NCBI RefSeq assembly: GCF_002571385.2
Contig: NW_019217840.1
Coordinates: 479,885-543,884, forward strand
DNA: 64,000 nucleotides
Direction: 5' to 3'
From: Stylophora pistillata
Lineage: Eukaryota
The position numbers and the translations under genes were made by a program. Shown in pieces: positions 26,701 through 41,700 of this stretch (the first letter of the stretch is position 1; each line of letters opens with the position of its first letter). The notes under the pieces are model-generated. The model worked only from the letters and a program-made list of their open reading frames with translations, did no database searches and had not been told where the DNA came from.

Positions 26701-29700
26701 GTAAACTTAAATTCTGTTATGATCCCAACACTGATTGTTGATTATCATGCTTTGTGTAGGTTATGCCATATTCCACAAGATGTAACACTCCATTGTCAAA
26801 CTTTGAGTCAAATCAAAACTACAAGGAAACTATAGATCCATCAGGTGAGAATTCTTTTGAAGTTTTGTAAAGCTAATTATGAATATTTTTTTGTGAGTTT
26901 TGATTGAGGTACATTCACTGAACTTTCATCAGCAGTAATTACTCAGCAAAATTTTGTATCTCAAGATCAAGGAATTCTTTTATGTACCGTATTAAGCTTT
27001 GCTCTGCTTCACACAAACAAGCTCGGCAAGCCCCTTTTCTGGTTCTCTTATTAAGCCACGGACTGTTTGCAGTTTCTGTGAGGGTTTCATTAAGCTAATT
27101 CAGCTTCTTTTAAAACTTATTAATTAGTCAGTTATAAAGGAAATTACTATTTTAAAAGAAATACTCAATATATTAAAATTTGCTAAGTTCAACCTGTGAT
27201 CTCTTTGTGATTAACGTTTGCCCATAACTGGTAATTGAATTGTGTGATGAAGTTTGCCAACTTGAGCTGCATGTCTCCTTACCATCCCAGCTTATTCTTG
27301 ACTATTTTTTATTCTGTATTTAATTATGAGAAGCTAGAAAGAAATTTAGAGTCTCCATACACTTTTGTAACCCTAAAAGATACGTATCTGTCAAAGGTTT
27401 GCAAAATTGAATTTAAAAGCAAGCTTTTGACATGTATGCACATACCACTCAAAAGAGTAATCAGATTTTATGGGTTATGACCAGAACTAAAATGAGATGA
27501 ACTCATTAGCACTGGTTTGTTCTTGTGTCAAGTTATTGTGGACTTCCCCTTGGATGAAGATTCTAATGTCAGCATGATTGCCTGGACAACAACACCTTGG
27601 ACACTTCCCAGTAATCTTGCTCTTGTCGTAAACCCTGACATGGATTATGTTAAAGTCACAGGTAATGTAAATGTCAGCACAGTTTGTTGTGTAATGTAGC
27701 TCAGAGGACAAAATAATGCTTTCACATTAATGTCACCCTGGTTTTTTACTTCCCCAGAGTAATCAGTTTCTTCCTAGCTATGCCTGTGATTTATTTGTTG
27801 CTCTACACTTTTTTCCTTTATCATAATTGTTCAGGATTTCATTTCTAATACATGTACATATACATAATATTTTTTCCATGACTTGTAGATTTTGTTTATT
27901 CATAATTATATATAGTTCAATTCTGTGTGTGTGTGTGTACATGTGTGTGTGTGTGTGTCCCGACCCTAATATTGTAATTCATTCTGTGTAATTTAGCTTC
28001 CTAGCCTTGTTAACCTTCTAGTTATTTTGTGAAGCCAACACCCTAGTTTTAATTATATACAACACATCTAGTTTTAATTATTTTATTTGATGTTAATTTA
28101 ATCTTCTCAAGAATAAGGGTGGATAAAGTTGTTGTTGTTGTTGTTGAATTGATCAATGGTTATCTTCTTTTTGTCATGGTAATCTTTTCACCTACTTGCT
28201 GTTCTTTATTCCTGCAGACAACACCACAAACAGAGTTTATATAATGATGGAAGCTAGACTTGAAGCTCTTTTCAAAAATCCAGAGGAGTATACAATTTTA
28301 GAAAGGTTTTTAATTTTTCTTGTCAGAACGTGTGATAGTGACATACTGTTCAAAATGCATGTGATTGTATACTTTCTACTCATAATGTATGATCTATAGT
28401 TGTCCAAATCCAAATTAAACTCATTTTGCAAAGTTGCAATATGTAAAGAAAATTTTAACACTGGGGATGTCCTTGTGGAAAAGTATAATTTTGCAATTTT
28501 TTGTTGAATTAATTCTCATGGCACTGAAGATTGTTGAGAACTGAAATAAAAAAGTTTTCAAGGAGAATGAGATATTAAATGTTTCTCTCCTTAAGACACT
28601 ATAGAATTGTAATGTAATTGATGTCTTTCAAGTTGTTATAATAATATTTTTATTTTTCTGTTAATAGATTTAAAGGATCTACCTTGGAAGGAAAGACTTA
28701 CAAACCTCTCTTTACATATTTTCAAGATGTAAGCAAATTGTTTAGACTCTTGGCTAACTTTCCATATATGTTTACAGTCCGGCTGTTACATTTTTTCTCC
28801 TCTTGTTACAGCAGTTATTAATAAACCCTTACCCTTAAACCTTTTCTGGAATTGTTAAAAAGAGTACTTAACTGTTAGATTTAATGGATCTAATTTTCTG
28901 TGTAAAAGTAAAGGTTGAATCCAAAGTTTGATTTCCTTACATAGATATCATTGCTATAGCTAGGCTATGGCTAGGCTATGTGCTTGAATAATTTTAAATG
29001 GCTAGAAAAGTGGCAACAACTTTTATGCTGAAAACTGCATAGTTATGCTTCCTGAATATCCTTTTCTAGTTTGTAAGTGTTACTTTGCAACTTCTTTTCA
29101 GAGCCAGTTATTACATTGTTACACGCATTTAAAAAATAGTGTTCCTTGTTACAGTTTTTTTTTTTTTTTCATTTATTATTTTGATAATTTCTTTTAGCTC
29201 AAGGGTAGTGGAGCTTTCAGGGTGTTAGCAGATGGATATGTAACAGGTGAAAGTGGCACTGGAGTGGTCCATTCTGCACCAGCCTTTGGCGAGGTTAGTC
29301 CTATTACTGTTAGTAATAATTATGATCATTTTATGGTAAATTCTACAGTGTAAGGCTCTCATGGTGAAATCTATATGGAATGATATTTTAATTACCATAC
29401 AGTAAAAAAATTGGTTGGATTTGATTCAATTTTTCCTTGAGTATCCTAAAATGATAGGCTACAACAGATAACGATCAAATCAAATCAAGTCAAATTAATT
29501 TTTATCTGAATCAGTTGACGAATTATTAAAAACTAATGCACACACACACACACAGTCAGATGATTTCATGTACCTGTAGATAATAAATATATCAAATTAA
29601 AAAACAAATTAAAGTGATGCTTTTGTTATTATTTTTTCAAAACAAAATCCAGTGGTATCACCCATTTGTGAATAGTATACTCAAATTAATGTAGGGTTGT

Positions 29701-32700
29701 AACTTGACAGCTTCATAGGTAAAGCAAGGATTATGAGATTTACTTGACTTTGAACTGTATCATGAAAGCAGCAATTTTTTTTGTGAAAACCAGTGTTGCT
29801 GTTTTAACAGATTAAAATAGACTATAGTTAATAATCTGCATGTAGTTAATTGAACATTTTCGGCAGTTTGTGTATTAGTCTTTGACATCTTGAAAGCTGT
29901 CGAACGTAACTGTACATTTTTACAAAAAGAAAGTGAATGTTGGAAAGCTAATTACAAAAAAAAACTATTACTGTAACAGTAACAGTTTGAGTTGTGAGAT
30001 TTCACCCTCTCACTGGACCTGTTTTATTGTAGGATGATTACAGAGTCTGCTTGGCAAGTGGAATTGTAAAGAAAGGTGGGAAACTTCCTTGTCCTGTGGA
30101 TGCCAGTGGAAAATTCACAAGTGAAGTTTCAGACTTCCAAGGGCAGCATGTAAAGGTACACATTCAATCCAACACAGATAAATAGAATAAAAATCTTGGC
30201 AGAGTAGGGTATAGAGTAGTTGTAGCTCTCATTTGCTGCTGCAAAGGTTAAATTAATCCAGGGTTCAACATCTCTGCTAGCCCGGTAGCCCGAGGTTAGT
30301 AAAAATTTGGTCGGGCTAGTAAAAAACCACCTTTAACAGCCCACTGGCTATTACTTGAAGTTCACAGTTGATTAAAAAAACAAGAAAGTTTAAATTGTAA
30401 TGATAATACCAATGAAGAAGGCCTAAAGCCTTTTATCTTCTGGAGTCTTTTTGTCTTGTTTGTCGATTGTACAACAGTCTTCTCCAGTCTCCTCCCTACC
30501 AATGTTGCGATGACTTGCACATCGCCTCGCACGATCACCTCGCACAATCACCTCGCACAATCACCTCGCAAGATTGCCTCGCACAATCGCCTTGCATGTT
30601 CACCTCGCACTTGAAAATTTACTTAGCTTTTTCCTTAAAAAACACATTGTGCTATCACAATGAAAGAAAATGCCCTTCTTTATCATTTTAAAAGACCTTG
30701 CCAATAAGTTTAGAGCAAGGTTTGTGTGAATGGGGTTGAAATAGACCACGAGGGAAATCGATCCGGGCTACCAAGTTGTGTTTTGGGCTGGTAAATTTTA
30801 GAAATCACCATCCTGGTGGCTAGTAATGCGATAGCCATGTGTCGATTTCTGTTACTCCTAACTTACATAAAACAGATGGGGCTTTAAAAGCAAAAGATCC
30901 TGTGTAGGTCTGACCTGGATATGTTGTGGTTCCAATTATTCAAAACCAGTGATTTCTTTCCTAAATTTTTATTGTAATTTCATTTAGTGGTATGCTAAAT
31001 ACAAGATTGATTAAGAAAAATAAGAAGCAAACATGATTGAAATTTGTTGTTCAAAGGAGAAATCTGAACCACCAATGAAATGTCACAAACAATATTTTTC
31101 ATGTCCATTTTATCCAAAGATAAAACAAAGACAAAGTGAAAAATACTTTATCACCAAACGTTAAAATGTTGAACTTGTATGACAAAATTTGTTTTTGGCA
31201 GGATGCTGATAGGTTCATTATGAAGTGGCTCAAGAAGCAGCAAAGACTGGTTCATCAAAGCACTCATAAACATAGCTATCCATTCTGCTGGAGGTAAGAG
31301 TGATAACATAATAAATGTATACAAGCGAGATGCATGTCTCGTATTGCTGGTGTAACAGAGTCAGGCAACAATGAAGAACGTGCTCTTGAATTACAAGTTT
31401 ATAGACTGCACATTAACAGGTTGTACATGTATGAACTGAGGCTATTTTAGAAGTGTGAAGGTCTTGTTTGAACATAACAACCAGTTTGTAAGCATTTGTT
31501 GTCTCTAATTAGAAGGTATATGTTCTTGCATCACAAGAACAACAGTTTTTTTTTTTTATTATGGCTTGCATTAGGTCTGATACACCATTGATTTACAAGG
31601 CTGTTCCTAGCTGGTTTATCCAAGTTGAATCTTTTGTTGACAAGCTTTTGGCCAATAACAAGCAGTCATACTGGTAAGTGCTACAGATCCTCACTAGATA
31701 ATACAAAGTAAGAACAACAAATCTGGTCTTTCTTGTGGGTCAAAATTTGTTGGGTTTTTAATTCCTCTTTCAGTATATAATAAGAAATGAAAGACAAATC
31801 AAACTATCATCATGATAGAATTTGAAATGAAGGTATATCACAGAGTAATGTGCATTTCAAAACCAACCACAAGTACTACAGTTTTGTGGCTAAAAGAAGC
31901 ACTTATCAGCATGAAAGAATGATCTGATCAGTATTCATGAATGTCCAGTATCTTAAATGTTAAACTTAAGAGCTGTTTGAATTGGAGCTTGTGCCATTTC
32001 ACACCCACATGCAATTTATCATCATCTCTGATAAGGGTTCCAGAATTTGTACAGGAAAAACGCTTCCACAACTGGCTTGAAAATGCTTATGACTGGAATA
32101 TATCCAGAAACCGTTACTGGGGCACACCAATTCCTCTGTGGGTCAGTGATGATTATCAAGAGGTATGTGAAACTCTTGGTTTTTCCTCTCAAGGCAATGA
32201 TATGAACCTTGTATATGGTGTAGTTAGTTGTCTAGCTTAGGGAGTTGAGACTTGCACCATAAACTGTATGCCTTCAGGTCCACAGCTGTTTGCACTAATT
32301 GTTGAGTCAGTGCCTCCTTTTTCTCAATAATGCATGGACTAATCTTATCAAGGGCAATGGTTAACACTTTTTGAATATCATACAACAGGTTGTTTGTGTT
32401 GGATCCATTGATGAACTGGAGCAGTTGTCAGGAGTCAGAGTTAGTGATCTTCACAGAGAAAGGTATTACTTATTGCAGCTTTGTAAAGCTGATTAAAATC
32501 ACTGTCAGTAGAGTAATTAAAAAAAAAATTGACAGTATGTTTTCTATTTTATCCTTTTCCTTTTTCCCAAAAAATTGAGTTTCAAAATTCTTTGTCAGTG
32601 TGGATGACATCACAATTCCCTCCAAAACAAACAGAGGAGTTCTAAAAAGAGTCCCTGAAGTGTTTGACTGCTGGTTCGAAAGTGGAAGGTATCCTGTACA

Positions 32701-35700
32701 TGTATATAATTGTAATTTAGCTGTTGTGATTAGTTTTAATGAGAGCAATTGTTTTTTGGCCTCTTTTGTCATGGACTGATGCTGTATGAAGAAATCTAGT
32801 TTTGCAGTGATGTTGCCAAATGAAAAATCAGTTGAGTGGTTACTTAAAGCAGTGAAACCTCCCCTCATTAACAAAAGTTACATGTGAACTGTGTTAGTCA
32901 TCTAGCTTTAATATGTTTTTCCAGTATGCCTTATGCACAAGTTCATTACCCATTTGAAAATAAAGAGGCATTTGAAGCATCATTCCCGGCTGATTTCATT
33001 GCTGAAGGAATTGACCAGACAAGAGGATGGTGAGTGGCTTTTTTTCATTTATTTTAGTTCAATTTTTCTTACGGTATCAACTTTTTTTATTTTTAATTAT
33101 TAACTTAATGTTTCACTTCACAGGTTTTATACTCTTCTGGTGATTTCAACAGCTTTGTTTGATCAACCTCCTTTCAAGAATCTCATTGTGAATGGACTGG
33201 TTCTTGCTGCGTATGCCATTTAGCTTTTCTTCGTTTTTCTGTGACTTTCTTCTTTAATCATTTTGTATTTTCCCCAGTCCTGAGTTTTAATAGTTGTGAA
33301 CATTTGTCTTTAGAGATGGAGCGAAGATGAGTAAGAGAAAGAAGAACTACCCTGATCCAATGGAGATTGTCAACAAATATGGAGCAGATGCTCTAAGGTT
33401 TGTGGCTGACATTAACAAATGAAAGGTTTTGTGAATTTAGTTATTAACCCTTCTTTGTGTTGCTGTTACTGGGATGAACATTGGGAGGTTTTGGTTTATT
33501 GTGCTGTGAGGGTCTGTGAGGTTACTCTGAGTTATAAAGTTTGTTGGATTCTACCTGACTTTAGGGGCAATAGATGGATCCTCATCAAGCCTCAGCAAAT
33601 CATCAAATATGTTGTATTAGATCTTATTTACCCAAGAAAACCTTTTTACAGATTTGTTTTATTGGTACATTACTATGATAGTTCTGTACTAGTTCCACAG
33701 ACTACTTTTAATTATTAATGATTGAATGAAGCTTAATGTGTAATTTTAAGTTATTGTTTTTTAGATTGTATCTCATCAATTCACCAGTGGTGAGAGCAGA
33801 AACTCTCAAGTTCCAGGAGAAAGGAGTGAAGGATATCATTAAAGACGTGTTCCTTCCATGGTATAATGCTCACCGATTTCTGTTGCAGAATATTCAGCAG
33901 ATGGAAAGGGTTAGGCATCATTTTGTATTCAGAGGCCTAAGTGAAAATTGCTTTGGTGGTTTATCTTACCCAAATGAAGTTTTGTTGTTGTTGATTAAAA
34001 AGAGATTATTGTAGCTGAAATAATATATCAAGTACCTTTAACATTTAAATCTTTGGATGAAGTAACAGCATATCATCATCATCATAAAAGTTACCAACAT
34101 TTGCTATCTTTTAAAAATTTTACATTAAATTTTACAGGTTACTGATAATTAAGAAACGTTTGTGGTCTGCTTTCCAAACAGCTACAAATTTTATTGTAAT
34201 TTGTGAGGTTAAAATTAAAATCATACGATTAATAATTAAATGATAATTTTGTATTTTTAAACAGGAAGGAAGAAAGTTTGTTTATGATGAAGATGTTCTG
34301 TTGAATTTGGGCAACACACTTGATCACTGGATCATTTCCTTTACTCAAAGTTTGGTGTTGTTTGTCCATCAAGAAATGGCAGGTAAGTCACTCTTGACTC
34401 TAAGAGCAGAAAAAAGCTGGCTGATCAAGATCATGATGATATTATTAATGACAGAAATGTTTTCACCTTCATAGCACATTAATTTTCTCTTGTTTATCAC
34501 TTAAATATTAAACAGACTCATGGCCATCTTAGTTTGATTGTAATTCACTGGTTTGTTCTGTGATAATAAAGCCTTAATTTTCTTTATGGTTTTGATAATT
34601 GACTTTCATCTTGCTTAGTATGGGCACAGCATGGAAATGTGCTGCAAAGAAACTGTAATATTGATAAGTGTCTAACACTGCAACTATGAAGCCCATTGTC
34701 AGCCTTGCAACATATGTTGATGGTAGTAAAATGACTCAACTGAAACTGCTTCATATACGTACCCCTCTTTTCGTAGCGTATCGTCTGTACACTGTTGTTC
34801 CTCGGCTGGTCAAGTTCATTGACTATCTGACCAATGTGTATGTGCGGATGAACAGAAAGAGACTCAGGGTAAGGAGTTAATACCTCTGAAGATTAAACAC
34901 ATTTTTCTAATTTTTTTTTTTTTTTTAGAAAGGGCTAATTATAATCTTAACGTTAAGGCTGAAGCATGAAATTTGAAAAATATTTCTTAATGTTTATCAA
35001 AACTTGTTTCGTGATTTTCTATATTTTTTTTTTTATGGGGAATTGATTTGGTATTAAAACACCTTACAATAATTACGAGGGAACAAGAAAACTTCACCTC
35101 TTTTTCAACTGATATTTGCCGGAGATTTAACTGACGTAGTGGATATTTTTTTTACTCTGTAGGGGGAGTGTGGGGACAAAGATCGTTACGAGTCACTTCA
35201 GACGCTGTTCAGTGTTGTATTTTCTATCACAAGATTAATGGTATGTTCTAGTATTTTGATTATAGAAGAAAAAAAAATTGGAGTTGTTCAGGTATTAACT
35301 TCACACTTGTGATTGATTTTTAATCAGGAATGATATTAAGCACACATCGCTACAGTGGCACACAATTTATGTATTCTGTGGGAACACGAGTCTCAGCGGA
35401 GTTGGTTGCTTACTAACAATATCCATTTTGATCTCAAATTCAATTTAACTACGGCATTGACCATGTGTGTTAGTCTTATGAGTGAATTCTTGTTCTCTTG
35501 TTTGTAGGCGTCATTCACTCCATTTCTCACCGAGTTCAATTACCAGTCTCTGCGGCCTTTCATTCCAGAAACTATGAAAAGCGGAGAAACAGAGAGTATT
35601 CATTATCTGATGATTCCTAAGGCCAGGTAGGTACATTTACTGTCTTATTACACTGTGTGAGCTGGTTTGATTTTAACACACAGTTAAGTGAAAACTCGAC

Positions 35701-38700
35701 TTTGTTTAAAATGTTTAGGATAGGATAAGGATAGGATGCATAACTTTATTTATACATGGTTTTTCCATCAGTTGATTTAGTTAATTCTATACTAGAAACC
35801 TATCTATCAAACTAGAATAATAATTTGATAACAACAATTCAAATAAAAGAAATAAATAAAAAATTCTGCTTTTCATGGAGGCTGTGTCTAAAATTTACTT
35901 TAGAATTAAGATCTTACTTTAAACTGTGGCGACTTAATTTAGATTTGAAATCAGTCAGCGAAGACGCTTGTCTTAGGTCTACAGGTAGGTTGTTCCACAA
36001 TTGAGCTTCGTTGTACAAAAAACTTCTCTTGAGATAGTCAGTTCGAGGTTGTGGAAGAACTTATTTGTTTTCGGTATTCCTTAAACGATAAGCACTTACA
36101 CTGTCACGATATACAAATCTTGATCTCAGATAATCTGGTGTCATACCATGTAATGTTTTACACATTAGGATAGATTTCTGTTCCAATCTTTGATAGTAGA
36201 ATCTTCGCCACCCTAGCGCCCGGAACAAATCATCCAAATTACTATCATAGCTCGCTGACATTAGGATGCGAGCTGCCCGATTTTGCAGCCTTTGTAGTTT
36301 TTCAGAAAGGCCTTTGTTACAGTTTCCCCACACTACGTTACAATAATCAAAATGTGGTTGAATAACTTTAAAACATTAAATGGAGTGAGATGCCGCATTC
36401 GTTTAATCGCACCAATGGCACAAGCTATCTACTAAGAGATATTTTCAGTATGACACTCCCAATTTATATTTTGATCGACATAAACTCCAAGGGATTTAGC
36501 GGAGGTTACTTGTTCGATTGCGTTTTCTTTTATAATAAGAGAGGGACTTTCCGTAAATTGTGATAACTTCTGCCTTGATGCAATAAGCATGAACTCAGTT
36601 TTTGTCATATTTAAGGTAAGTTTGTTAGCAGAGAGCCATTCGTACACATTGCTGAGGTCGTGATTAAGGCAATAATTTATATGCTCAATGTCGGTACTGG
36701 CAAGCGTCAGGCTGGTATCATCTGCATACATTCTAGGTTCCGAATATGTCAAACAATGCGGTAAGTGATTAATATATATCAAAAATAAAAGAGGTCCCAA
36801 AATCGTTCCCTGGGGAACACCACATCTCAGACATTTCGGAGTTGACTTACAAGAGTTTAAGTGACAAATCTGTGTTCGGTTATCTAAATAAGAAGCAAAC
36901 CATTGATGGCTGGTCCGACAAATTCCATAGTATTGCAGTTTTCGTAATAAAATATCGTGATCTACTGTATCAAATGCCTTTTTGAGGTCTAAAAAGACTA
37001 CGCTATTAACAAGACCACGGTCTATATCCACTGCCCAGCTATCTGTAGCTTCGATAAGTGCTGTGAGCGTGGAATGCAAAGACCGAAAACCAGATTGATG
37101 GCACGAGGGAAAGTTGTTTTTAGTTAAATAATGATAAAGCTGATCGTAGATTATCCGTTCAAAGACTTTGGCCACAACTGGAATTACTGATATTGGTCGA
37201 TAATTCGTTGGATCGGAGCGCTTCCCGGAAATTTTGTACAACGGAGGTGACTCTGGCAGATTTCCACTCATCGGGAAAGATGCCAGTCATTAGGGATTGA
37301 TTAAATATATGAGTAAGAGATTCTGCTAGTACATCAGAACATTCTCTTAGAAGTTTCGCAGAAATATTATTCAAACCAGTCGCCTTTGACTTGCAGAGCC
37401 TGGATAGTAGTGCAAAAACGTGTTGGTGTTTGTTTTCATTGACGTCCTATAGGACATTAATTTTTAGATGCATAGTACATGTTTTTTTTTTTTAATTCCG
37501 CAACTCGTCACTTGTATTACTTTGACAAAATATTTTATTTTAAGGGAAAATCTCATCGACGAGGAGGTCGAAAGAAGAGTAGCCCTAATGCTGACAGTGA
37601 TTGAACTAGGTCGAGTCGTCAGAGAGAGGAAAACTCTACCGTTGAAGGTAAGAATCCCTCTCGTGATAAATTTTTGATGTGAAGTCATTTTTCTCCCAGT
37701 TTGGGAATTGTGATTTTTTTAGAGATTTTGCGTTTTTGATGAAGATGGTAATGGATGTAAGAAACTATTCTACGCTCATTGTCGTTAGAAGACTAACAAA
37801 TTAAGCTTGTCTGTGGTGAAAATTATTTTAATGTAGGTTTTATTAGAATGTGTTCGTATCATCATAAAATATTTGTGTCACTTTCGGTGATGATTTCAAT
37901 TCAGACTCGATGGGAAGACCAAATCAATGAGGTATTTATGCCCTGTGCCTTCTGTAGATGATGTGAGTTGCAAGAGTAAGATAATTGTGGAGGTATTGAG
38001 CGGGAGGTGTACGCATAACACGAGAAATCACCAAATCTGTCGATTTTTTTTCTTCAACTGGGCTGCTATATTTTGTTTATTCACTCCAAGTTACATGAAA
38101 GGGAACAGTCGAAATGATTCTGGTGTGCGGAAAGTTTCGAGTAGCGGGTAGAATAGGCAGTGAGGGGAGAGTTGGGTAATTCTGAAGGGTAATAAGCCTC
38201 TTCGCGTTTTGTCAACTCGCCTGCAGATGGGTGACAGGCGGGCAAAATCTCTGGTATTCTTGGAGGAATGGCTCCCTTCCAATGATTGTGGACGGAATAC
38301 CAAGAGGACCTAGAGTTTGGCTTAAGGGTGTTAATAGTGGTATCGTTATATACCGTTCATTTGATAGCACAAAATATGAGGAAAGTTCCAAATCACCCTA
38401 CAATGCAATGCTAACCCTTATGCTGTGTCGTGTGTCCATGAATGATCTTCAATTTTGCTGTCACGTTGTTCTTAACCAGCAAGTTGGGCGTTGAACGGCT
38501 TGTGATAAATTCTTGTAGTTCGTTCTCTACTATATCTATCTTCCATTGTTTCGACTTGCATTGTTATGTGCCCCTCCATAAGCTTCCTAACATTGAGTGT
38601 TTTTTTCCTCCAGTATCCCCTCCCTGAGCTTGTCGTCATTCACCAGCTGCAACAGAGCCTTGATGACGTGTTGTCTCTGGAAGACTATATCAAACAGGTC

Positions 38701-41700
38701 CGTAGCGATCAAACACCGCGCACTTTGCTGTTCACTTTACTGGTGCTTTTTTTCCAGTAACTGTATTATTGTGTCTTTAGGAAGTGAATGTGAGAAAGAT
38801 AACAGTGTCGTCAGACAAACAGAGGTTTGGGGTTCAACTCAAAGCTGAACCTGATAATCAGACCTTGGGGCGCAGATTAAAAGGTGCCTTCAAGCAAGTG
38901 TCTCAAGCAATTAAAGGTATTTTATGGCAAAACAACCTGGTTGAGGTGGAATTTTCTTTTTTTTATGTAAAATTATGTTCAGGTGACCGTTAGTTTGTGG
39001 AAGCTAAGAAATGCCACTTTGAATATTCTTGCAGGTCTTTCAGACCAGGAAATACAAGTGTTTCAGGAGAAAGGAGAGCTGCTGGTGGCTGGGCACTTAC
39101 TGAGTGGAACAGATATAAAGGTGATGAAGTAAACGGTTATAGTTTGCAGAGTTTAGAGAGATCGTTTGTATTCAAACCCAGCGTGTAACTATAATAACTT
39201 TTTGTCTTGGTTGTTAGGTGATGTACTCATTTGATCAGAATGGATCGGCGCCGTCAGCATATGAAGCATACTCTGACGGAGAGGTAAACTCTGATCAGTA
39301 TTAGAGAGCGATTTTTAATTGAGTATCGAAAGTAATCCGGATTGCTTTGGTTCTGCTTCATTTCCCTTTGTGACTGGTCTAGAAAACTAGCGCCACCGGC
39401 CACCTCAACCGATCAAATGCAAAACTTAACTAGCGCCACCGGCCACCTCAACCGATCAAACGCAAAACTTCAACCAATCCTTACTTGGTCAATGGCGTTT
39501 TCCTCCGCTTGGCAGCAGTCTCACTCTGGCTGCCTTTTTTTACACTCGGTTAAAAACTGCTCTACCTATTCTTTGTTATCAGTACTTTTGAGATTTTCCA
39601 GACTTCCATGCTTCAGCTATCAAGCAATTATATAAGTGATTCGCGGTCAATGAAATTGAAGAATATCGTACTGCCAGTTCTTGCAGTATAATCATTAATT
39701 CCTCCATGCCGTCTCATCTGTGCTAATAATTGACTGGAGAGCACATTGATTCCTATTAGCTGAAGTGCGCCGTAACTCTTACCTAACAGACTCATTTAGT
39801 TAGTAGCACGGGAGTAACTGACGGTCGTGGTCGTGGGTCGTGGGTACCAAGTCATGGGTCGTGGGTATCAAGTCGTGGGTTGTGGTCGTGGGTCGTGGCT
39901 AACAATTATTAATTATTAATTGTTTATTATAATTATTTAAAGATGAAACAATTTTTAGTGTAATAGAAAAATCCGAGCCCCAGATGGGACTTGAATCCAC
40001 GACCCTCCGTGATCTAGTCGGATGCTCTAACCACTGAGCTACTGGAGACTCTATGGTGAGCAAGGGTCAATTTGTGGGCCTCGACTGGAACCACATCGCG
40101 CGGCTACACAGCCAAGTATTGGAAAGCACCTGTGAAACTCACTAACAGCATCACGCTGTCACATTAAGGCATATCAAGATGGGGCCAACCAACCTCCAAA
40201 GTGAGCGTGTAAAGATGAAACAATTTTTAGTGTAATAGAAAAATCCACAAATTGACCCTTGCTCACCATAGAGTCTCCAGTAGCTCAGTGGTTAGAGCAT
40301 CCTACTAGATCACGGAGGGTCGTGGGTTCAAGTCCCATCTGGGGCTCGGATTTTTCTATTATAATTATTAACTATTCAAACAACCAAAAAGAAAATAACT
40401 CCGTTGCAAACGTTTATTTATTATTATACGACAATTATACGACCTGTGATTATGCAGATAGAGGATTGCACCGTCCAGGGATGAAAAAATCGTCAAGAAA
40501 CATTGAATCTTGTGATCTGCTTTACGACATCGTAGTGTTCCTGATGCAGTTGAGGGTTTACATCATCTGGGAGTTTAATGAGTCCTGGGATTTGGGGACA
40601 AACGATCCTGCTATGATACCCTGACAAAAAAAGTTAAGCAGAGTGACTTAGTGTCTAATGTTTATTTTCAAAAACGAAAACCACAAGTTCCATGATCTGC
40701 TGCCTCCACGCAACGAGTCCACCTATTACACCCGCAGCCAGAGATACTTCAAGCTACCAATTTGTAAGACAAATAGGTTCAAAAACACATTTATCATGGC
40801 CAACAGTTTTAATTATTAGTAGCTAATTATTTGTATTTTGGTTTTTGATACTTGTCTTATTGTATTTTATTGTAGATTACATTTTGCGGCTTTTATTGTA
40901 GTTATCTTAGAGTAAGAGATAATTTATTCCCATTGTAAAGTAAGTCGTATTTCAGCCGGCCCGGGGCTGCAATGATTTTACTTCCTAATAAAGCTATCTA
41001 TCTTTCACTTGAATTCCAATTGCGTTGCTGTGCGACATCAGTTTTTCATCCCACGACCCACGACCGTTAGTTACTCCCGTAGCACGGTAGTCTGTGTTCG
41101 ACATGCTGAGTAACGTGCATGTTGTGTCGTCATCAAGGTACTTGCCCTTTTGGATGTCACCCCGGATCAGTCTTTGCTCTCTGAGGGTGTGGCACGGGAA
41201 GTGGTCAACCGAATTCAGAAACTGCGGAAAAAGGCAAGTGAAGCTAGTCTCAGTGACACCTTGACTTTTGGCTTTTCAGTTTGATTTGTTAAGAGGAACT
41301 GTCAGGAACTGTCGGCAACTGTCCATCATGAACTTGAATGTGTAGAAGGAGTGAAACACCTATTTCTTCCATTCCTTGCCCCTGTAGTAAAGATTCCAGG
41401 AGAAGTTCGTTTCTGCCAGAGCCCCTTTCGTTTGAAGAAAATTGGGAAATTCCGTTTCCGCGTTTGTCAGGAAATATTTACCGGAAGTTAAATCTAAAAT
41501 TAGCCGTTTGTAACTCACTTCGCATTTTTGAACCAAAGTTACAGAAAGTATCAGACTCGCTCCATCGAAAGAAAAAATCTTTTTCCATTATTTGTACATG
41601 ATTTGACCTCATGCGTAGCTTGAGAGTGTCCCTTGGTAAGTTTTTTCGTTAACCTGTTGAGATCCCACAATCTTGGCTGATTTGTAACCGTTGTTGTCTC

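Larger units (their letters stand above)
39809..41079. mobile_element. Non-autonomous TIR DNA transposon (MITE-like) with nested insertions
   Basis: TIR CGGGAGTAACT(G/A)ACGGTCGTGG...; 5-bp TSD TAGCA (39804-39808, 41080-41084); subterminal GTCGTGG repeats. Confidence 0.85.

Noticed and set aside
32689-32924. Possible U12-type intron in IARS1 (donor GTATCCTG)
   Set aside because: The donor departs from GTATCCTT and there is no convincing TCCTTAAC branch site near the acceptor.
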